In this document: piece by piece, positions 6,623 to 10,224 of the stretch | Layout of the letters: each line of letters begins with the position of its first letter | Numbering within the stretch: the stretch's first letter is position 1 | Origin: Candidatus Eiseniibacteriota bacterium | GTDB lineage: Bacteria > Eisenbacteria > RBG-16-71-46 > JABDJR01 > JAWXBZ01 | NCBI GenBank assembly: GCA_034440375.1 | Contig: JAWXBZ010000228.1 | Span: 1 to 10,224 of the forward strand | DNA length: 10,224 bases | Direction of reading: 5' to 3' | Translations under genes and position numbers: made by a program | Notes under the pieces: generated by a model | What the model was told of the DNA's origin: nothing | Seen by the model: the letters and a program-made list of their open reading frames with translations, nothing else | Databases searched by the model: none

Positions 6623-7777
6623 CTATGGTGGCGGCGCCGGCAGGCTGGCGGGGTCGGCCGGGTAGGTGCCGAGGACGCGCAGCTCGACGGTCAGCGGGCG
6701 GACCTCGGCGAGCGCAGCCACGAACGCCTGCGAGGCACCGTGGCCGAGCGCGTCGAGGTAGAAGCGGTAACGCCAGGGAGTCGACGGAATCGGGCGCGAC
6801 TCGAGCTTGGTCAGCGACAGCCCGCGGGCCGCGAAGCGCATCAGGACCTCGCCGAGCGCGCCAGGGTGGTCCGCGAGAGTGAGCAGGAGCGAGGTCTTGG
6901 CGATCACGTCGGCGGCGACCGGCGCCGGGCGCAGCGCCACCTCGACGAAGCGGGTCGCGTTGCCGGCCTCGGTCTGGATGCCGCGTGCCACGATCGCAAG
7001 GCCGTAGGTGGTGGCCGCCGACGCGCTGGCAATGGCGCCGAACGTTGCGTCGCGCAGGTCGCGCACCTTGCGCGCCGAGCCGGCGGTGTCGAGCTCGGCC
7101 TGGGCGTGCAAGTGCGGGTTTGCGATCCAGAATGCCTGGCACTGCGCCAGCGCTTGCGGGTGCGACAGCACGACCCGCAGATCTTCGAGCCGCGCGCCAG
7201 GCAGGGCGAGCAGGCAGTGCTCGATCGCGCTCACGACCTCGCCGGTGATGGTGAGGTGCCCCTCGGCGAGAAGATCGTATGTCTCGTTGATGCTGCCGGC
7301 GGTGGTGTTCTCGATCGGCAAGAGGGCGAGGTCGGCGGCGCCGGAGACCACCGCTTCGGCCGCGGCCCGGAACGTGTCGGAGCCCCTCAGGAGCACGCCG
7401 CCGGGGCGACCGCTGTAGGTGCGTTGCGCCGCCAGGTGGCTGTAGCTGCCTTCGACGCCCTGGTAGGTAACCCGAAGCGGCGCATCTTCCCGGCGGCGGA
7501 CGCTCGCCTCCTGATGGGCGACCGACATGTCCATCACGACGCGGTACAGGCGCTCAACCTCGTGCGGGTCCAGGCCCACCGCGGTTGCCTCGGCGCGCAG
7601 GCGCATCATGAGGAGGTCTTCGCGCGTCCGATCGCGGAACGGGCTTGCCGCCTCCAGCTTGGCGCCGGCAACGGCTTCGACGGTGCGATTGCGCTCCGCG
7701 AGGAGCGCGATGATCTGCCGGTCGATGACCTCGATCCGATCGCGTAGCGCGCCGAGCCGAGCGGAAGGATCACTCAT
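6623..7777 (-). CDS. pheA: Bifunctional chorismate mutase / prephenate dehydratase (P-protein)
   Basis: AroQ domain LRDRIEVIDRQIIALLAER..K..RE; PDT motifs YQGVEGSYSHLAA, LPIENTTAGSI, SHPQALAQC, NATRF; ACT domain PGAL..LTKLESRP..YRFYLD. Confidence 0.95.
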   Translation of the reverse strand: MSDPSARLGALRDRIEVIDRQIIALLAERNRTVEAVAGAKLEAASPFRDRTREDLLMMRLRAEATAVGLDPHEVERLYRVVMDMSVAHQEASVRRREDAPLRVTYQGVEGSYSHLAAQRTYSGRPGGVLLRGSDTFRAAAEAVVSGAADLALLPIENTTAGSINETYDLLAEGHLTITGEVVSAIEHCLLALPGARLEDLRVVLSHPQALAQCQAFWIANPHLHAQAELDTAGSARKVRDLRDATFGAIASASAATTYGLAIVARGIQTEAGNATRFVEVALRPAPVAADVIAKTSLLLTLADHPGALGEVLMRFAARGLSLTKLESRPIPSTPWRYRFYLDALGHGASQAFVAALAEVRPLTVELRVLGTYPADPASLPAPPP

Positions 7778-7783
7778 ACGTGC

Positions 7784-7789
7784 ATGATA
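7784..7789 (-). promoter_or_regulatory. -10 element placed for leaderless transcription of pheA
   Basis: TATCAT-GCACGT-ATG on the minus strand (6-nt gap); no Shine-Dalgarno. Confidence 0.5.
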
Positions 7790-7983
7790 CGCGCTGGGGC
7801 GCGCGAGTCGCATCTGCGACCCGCCGCGAATCTTCCCGGTGGGGGGGGGCTGAGTCAGGGGACCCGGACCCCGGGGTCGAGCGCGACCACGCGGTCGAAC
7901 CCGCAGAGGACGCCTCCAAGTGAGGGTGTCTACCAAGAGCGGTTTGATCCAAGTTATTTACCCGCATATGACGCCAGAAACTG

Positions 7984-8027
7984 AAAATAAAGCAGTTCAG
8001 GGGTTTAGCTTGCGCCAAACCCCTGAA
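7984..8027 (-). terminator. Rho-independent terminator-like hairpin downstream of the tRNA 3' end
   Basis: Minus strand TTCAGGGGTTTGGC-GCAA-GCTAAACCCCTGAA (14-bp stem with one G.U pair, GNRA loop; 7996-8027) followed by CTGCTTTATTTT. Confidence 0.7.
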
Positions 8028-8031
8028 ATAT

Positions 8032-8076
8032 TGGTAGCGGGGCTTGGATTTGAACCAACGACCTTTGGGTTATGAG
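8032..8076 (-). tRNA. 3' half of tRNA-Met(CAT), initiator-like; probable att-site duplicate
   Basis: Minus strand CTCATAA-CCCAA-AGGTC-GTTGG-TTCAAAT-CCAAG-CCCCGCT-A-CCA covers anticodon loop to CCA. The upstream bases (CGACC) cannot form the anticodon stem, so there is no intact 5' half. Confidence 0.85.
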
Positions 8077-8354
8077 GGTCGTACCGGCTGAGAATCCAGC
8101 CCCCGTAAACTAATCCAAGCAAGGAAAATCAACGACTTCGCGGGTCCGGATTGGACCAAGTTGGGTCCTGTTGGCTGGAGAAAGGGCACAAAGAGGGCAC
8201 AGGGAGACAGCCGTCGTTCGATCGCTTGAGTGAAAGTGAACCACCCGGATCCGAAGTACAGAATATTCCTTCAACCACCTTTAACCCGACGCCAACACAC
8301 TTCCGGCGGTCACTCCCACGACATGATCTGGAACCTGATGACAAAGTTTATCAG

Positions 8355-8712
8355 TCATTGCGCGATCGTGTAGCTGCCGGTGTAGCCCTCGCTCTTCAAT
8401 CGATCGAAGATCCGCTTGGCCGTGTGGCGCTGCTTCTTCGGCGCCAGGCGGTCCTGGGCCAGAATCTGGCGGATACGGTCGACGTACGGCCCCAACTTCG
8501 GCTTCCCGCGCAGCCGCTTCAACCGATACCCCGGCGGCGTATCTCGGTCCACTGTTCCATGTTCGCGTACAACTCCTGGCCTCCGGGAGCTCAAGGGCAG
8601 ATCTGTCAGGGCGAAATCCCTGACCAGTCTGCCCCGCCTCCTGGCGGCGGCAGGGGATGCCGCACTTTTCGACCGGCGCGGCTGGTGCCGCGGTTTTGGA
8701 CCGGCGTTTACA
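8355..8712 (-). mobile_element. istA: IS21-family remnant: left end plus deleted/truncated istA
   Basis: End begins TGTAAA (8712) with two 21-bp direct repeats (8658-8678 and 8686-8706, 18/21 identical). istA start (M)YANMEQWTEIRRR from 8572, then a shifted frame PPGYR..KPKLGPY..I..IL..D..APKKQRHTAKRIFDRL..EGYTGSYT ending at TGA 8355. Confidence 0.85.
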
Positions 8713-8718
8713 GCGGCA

Positions 8719-8727
8719 TGTTATAAT
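8719..8727 (+). promoter_or_regulatory. Extended -10 promoter (TGnTATAAT)
   Basis: TGTTATAAT is a perfect match, 95 bp upstream of ATG 8823. Confidence 0.65.
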
Positions 8728-8822
8728 TTCTGCGCATTCCTTCATTGATTCGCGCGGCCGCGCCAGTCCCGCGGACGGGTCGAAGCTTCACAACAGCACG
8801 GTCCAGCTACGAGGAGGAATTC

Positions 8823-9758
8823 ATGACTATTCGGTATGGAGTTCTGGTTTCGGCCCTTGCGGTCGCCGTCCTCATCGCCCGGAAACCGCCCGTCGCCCAG
8901 GCGGCCGGAGGGATCGGCGACGCCTATATCACGAGCGATGCCTCGGACATCGTGCGGGCTTACGCCGGCGCCACCGGCGCGTTTCTCGGCAATCACTGCG
9001 CCTCGGTCAATGCGATCGGACAGCTCGGCATTCACTTCGGAACCTCGAACGGTCGCTTCCTCGTCGGAGCGTTCGGCGGCGGGGTGGACGAGTTCAACGC
9101 CGCGAGCGGGGCGTACATGAAGACGTACAGCCCGGGCGGCGGCGTGCAGTGGGCCGGCCTCTACGTTCCGAGCGGCAACGTGTACATAGGCTCCTGGAAC
9201 ACGAACGACGTCCGGGAGTACGACGCCACGACCGGCGCGTTCATACGCGTCGTCTGCCCCGCTTTAGGATTCGGCGGTGGGTTGCCGTCCGACATGCGCA
9301 TCGGACCAAACGGGAATCTGTACATCTGCTTATACGGTGACGCCAGTGTCATTGAAGTCGACGTGATTACCGGCGCTCCTATCAATCAGTGGCCTGTTCC
9401 GGGCCGGCCGAACGACATCGCGTTCATTCCCGGTGAAATCCTCGTCACGTCGATGGGACTGAACAACTGCCAGCGCTTCGATTCTTCGTCGCTGGCTCCT
9501 CTCGGCGCATTCGTCGGCACGGGCTGGGACCGGCCGCACGGCATCGACATCGGCCCCTCGGATGGACTCATCTATATCGTCGACGGCGTCACGACCCAGG
9601 TCCACGTCTTTGATCCGGTGACGTTCCTCGAGCTGAACGCGAACTGGCGCGCCCCCGATCCCGAAGACAAGATCGTCGACATCGAATTCCGCCGCTTCGA
9701 CCAGCCGACCCCGGTCAAGCCCGTCACATGGAGCAAGGTGAAGACGTTGTTCCAGTAA
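8823..9758 (+). CDS. Secreted beta-propeller-like protein (NHL/Vgb-like repeats) with C-terminal TWxxVK tail
   Basis: RBS GAGGAGG; signal peptide ending AQA; about 40-aa repeats such as P.DMRIGPNGNLYI, PHGIDIGPSDGLIYI and VREYDATTGAF; tail PTPVKPVTWSKVKTLFQ. Confidence 0.8.
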   Translation: MTIRYGVLVSALAVAVLIARKPPVAQAAGGIGDAYITSDASDIVRAYAGATGAFLGNHCASVNAIGQLGIHFGTSNGRFLVGAFGGGVDEFNAASGAYMKTYSPGGGVQWAGLYVPSGNVYIGSWNTNDVREYDATTGAFIRVVCPALGFGGGLPSDMRIGPNGNLYICLYGDASVIEVDVITGAPINQWPVPGRPNDIAFIPGEILVTSMGLNNCQRFDSSSLAPLGAFVGTGWDRPHGIDIGPSDGLIYIVDGVTTQVHVFDPVTFLELNANWRAPDPEDKIVDIEFRRFDQPTPVKPVTWSKVKTLFQ

Positions 9759-9776
9759 GTCTCAACCGGTCATGAA

Positions 9777-9810
9777 AACGGGGCGGCCGCTCGAGGCCGC
9801 CCCGTTCTTT
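9777..9810 (+). terminator. Rho-independent terminator
   Basis: AACGGGGCGGCC-GCTCGA-GGCCGCCCCGTT then CTTT, 18 bp after stop 9758. Confidence 0.8.
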
Positions 9811-9811
9811 G

Positions 9812-9960
9812 GTACGCCCGTCATGGGCACTGACCTGGAGATGCAAGTCCTCCGGTGATCTGGTCACGGAGAGCCAAGGGAACCGCAAGGTTTCGACCGC
9901 GAGGTCGAGGCTGAAAGCAGCGGGGAACGGAACCGCGGGCCAACGAACAGGAACCGGATA
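9812..9960 (+). mobile_element. Group II intron, class C (IIC)-like, 5' fragment (part of domain I)
   Basis: GTACGCCCGTCATGGGC resembles the IIC 5' end GTGCGCCCGGCATGGG; also TGCAAGTCC, GNRA hairpin TCGACC-GCGA-GGTCGA (9893-9908), CTGAA..AGC and GGGCCAACGAACAGGAACCGGATA. It starts 5 nt after a terminator stem, the known IIC target. Confidence 0.75.
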
Positions 9961-10068
9961 AGTGCCGGCCGAATATGTCGAGCCGGAGTCCTTCGCTACT
10001 AGCCCCTCCCAGCCGTTCTGCTTGACCTGCTCCCAAGCCTCAAAGTCGTTCGGTGCCAGTCGGCGAGC
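9961..10068 (-). pseudogene. ATP-dependent DNA ligase fragment (motif IV region)
   Basis: ARRLAPNDFEAWEQVKQNGWEGLVAKDSGSTYSAGT matches the EG(L/V)xxK..S.Y..G pattern of LigC/LigD-type ligases; 36 codons with no start or stop. Confidence 0.65.
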
Positions 10069-10086
10069 CCGTAGTGTCCGAAAATT

Positions 10087-10224
10087 GTGCGCCGTGCCAA
10101 GGCGTCGATTCCCAGTGGGTGCAAGTCCCACCCGGCGACGGGTCGCTCCAGCCGGAAGCAGTCGGAGCGGCGGAGGAGGTAACAAATCCGTCGAAGCCTC
10201 TGATGTAACGGGTCACTTCGGGTG
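10087..10224 (+). mobile_element. Second group II intron, 5' end (continues beyond window)
   Basis: Canonical GTGCG start: GTGCGCCGTGCCAAGGCG..GTGGGTGCAAGTCCCAC..GCCGGAAGC..GGTAAC..GAAGCC. Sequence differs from the upstream IIC-like fragment. Confidence 0.75.

Noticed and set aside
6740-7747. 335-aa + strand ORF
   Set aside because: Antisense shadow of pheA.
7838-7880. G-rich tract as a G-quadruplex or phase-variable run
   Set aside because: Expected at this GC content, and it lies outside any supported ORF or promoter element.
8032-8107. Complete tRNA-Met
   Set aside because: Upstream sequence has faint echoes of a 5' half (GGGG.TGGA..CAGCC.GGTA), but the anticodon and D stems cannot pair.
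8658-8706. 21-bp direct repeats as a CRISPR remnant
   Set aside because: Only two copies with a 7-bp gap; explained as IS21 terminal transposase-binding repeats.
9724-10185. 153-aa minus-strand ORF as one gene
   Set aside because: Chimera of antisense intron sequence, the ligase fragment and the terminator.

Overview
GC-rich bacterial window built from several unrelated blocks. Left (1-2950): a minus-strand redox cluster (frameshifted SoxR-like MerR regulator, NDH-2-type flavoprotein, start of a pirin-like gene) and an ArsR-SRPBCC pair whose SRPBCC gene is broken. Between them sits an intact 65-aa bacterial histone-fold gene of the Bdellovibrio Bd0055/HBb type (1997-2194), the most notable feature. 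Middle: DEDDh 3'-5' exonuclease, a CxxC membrane protein, a PD-(D/E)xK-like hypothetical, a FemAB/GNAT-like transferase and chorismate mutase/prephenate dehydratase (pheA). Right (from 8032): the 3' half of a tRNA-Met forming a probable att site, an internally deleted IS21 remnant, a secreted beta-propeller-like protein with a C-terminal TWxxVK tail, a truncated group IIC intron 5' end just after that gene's terminator, an ATP-dependent DNA ligase fragment, and a second group II intron that runs off the window. All family calls come from recognising motifs by eye; no searches were run.
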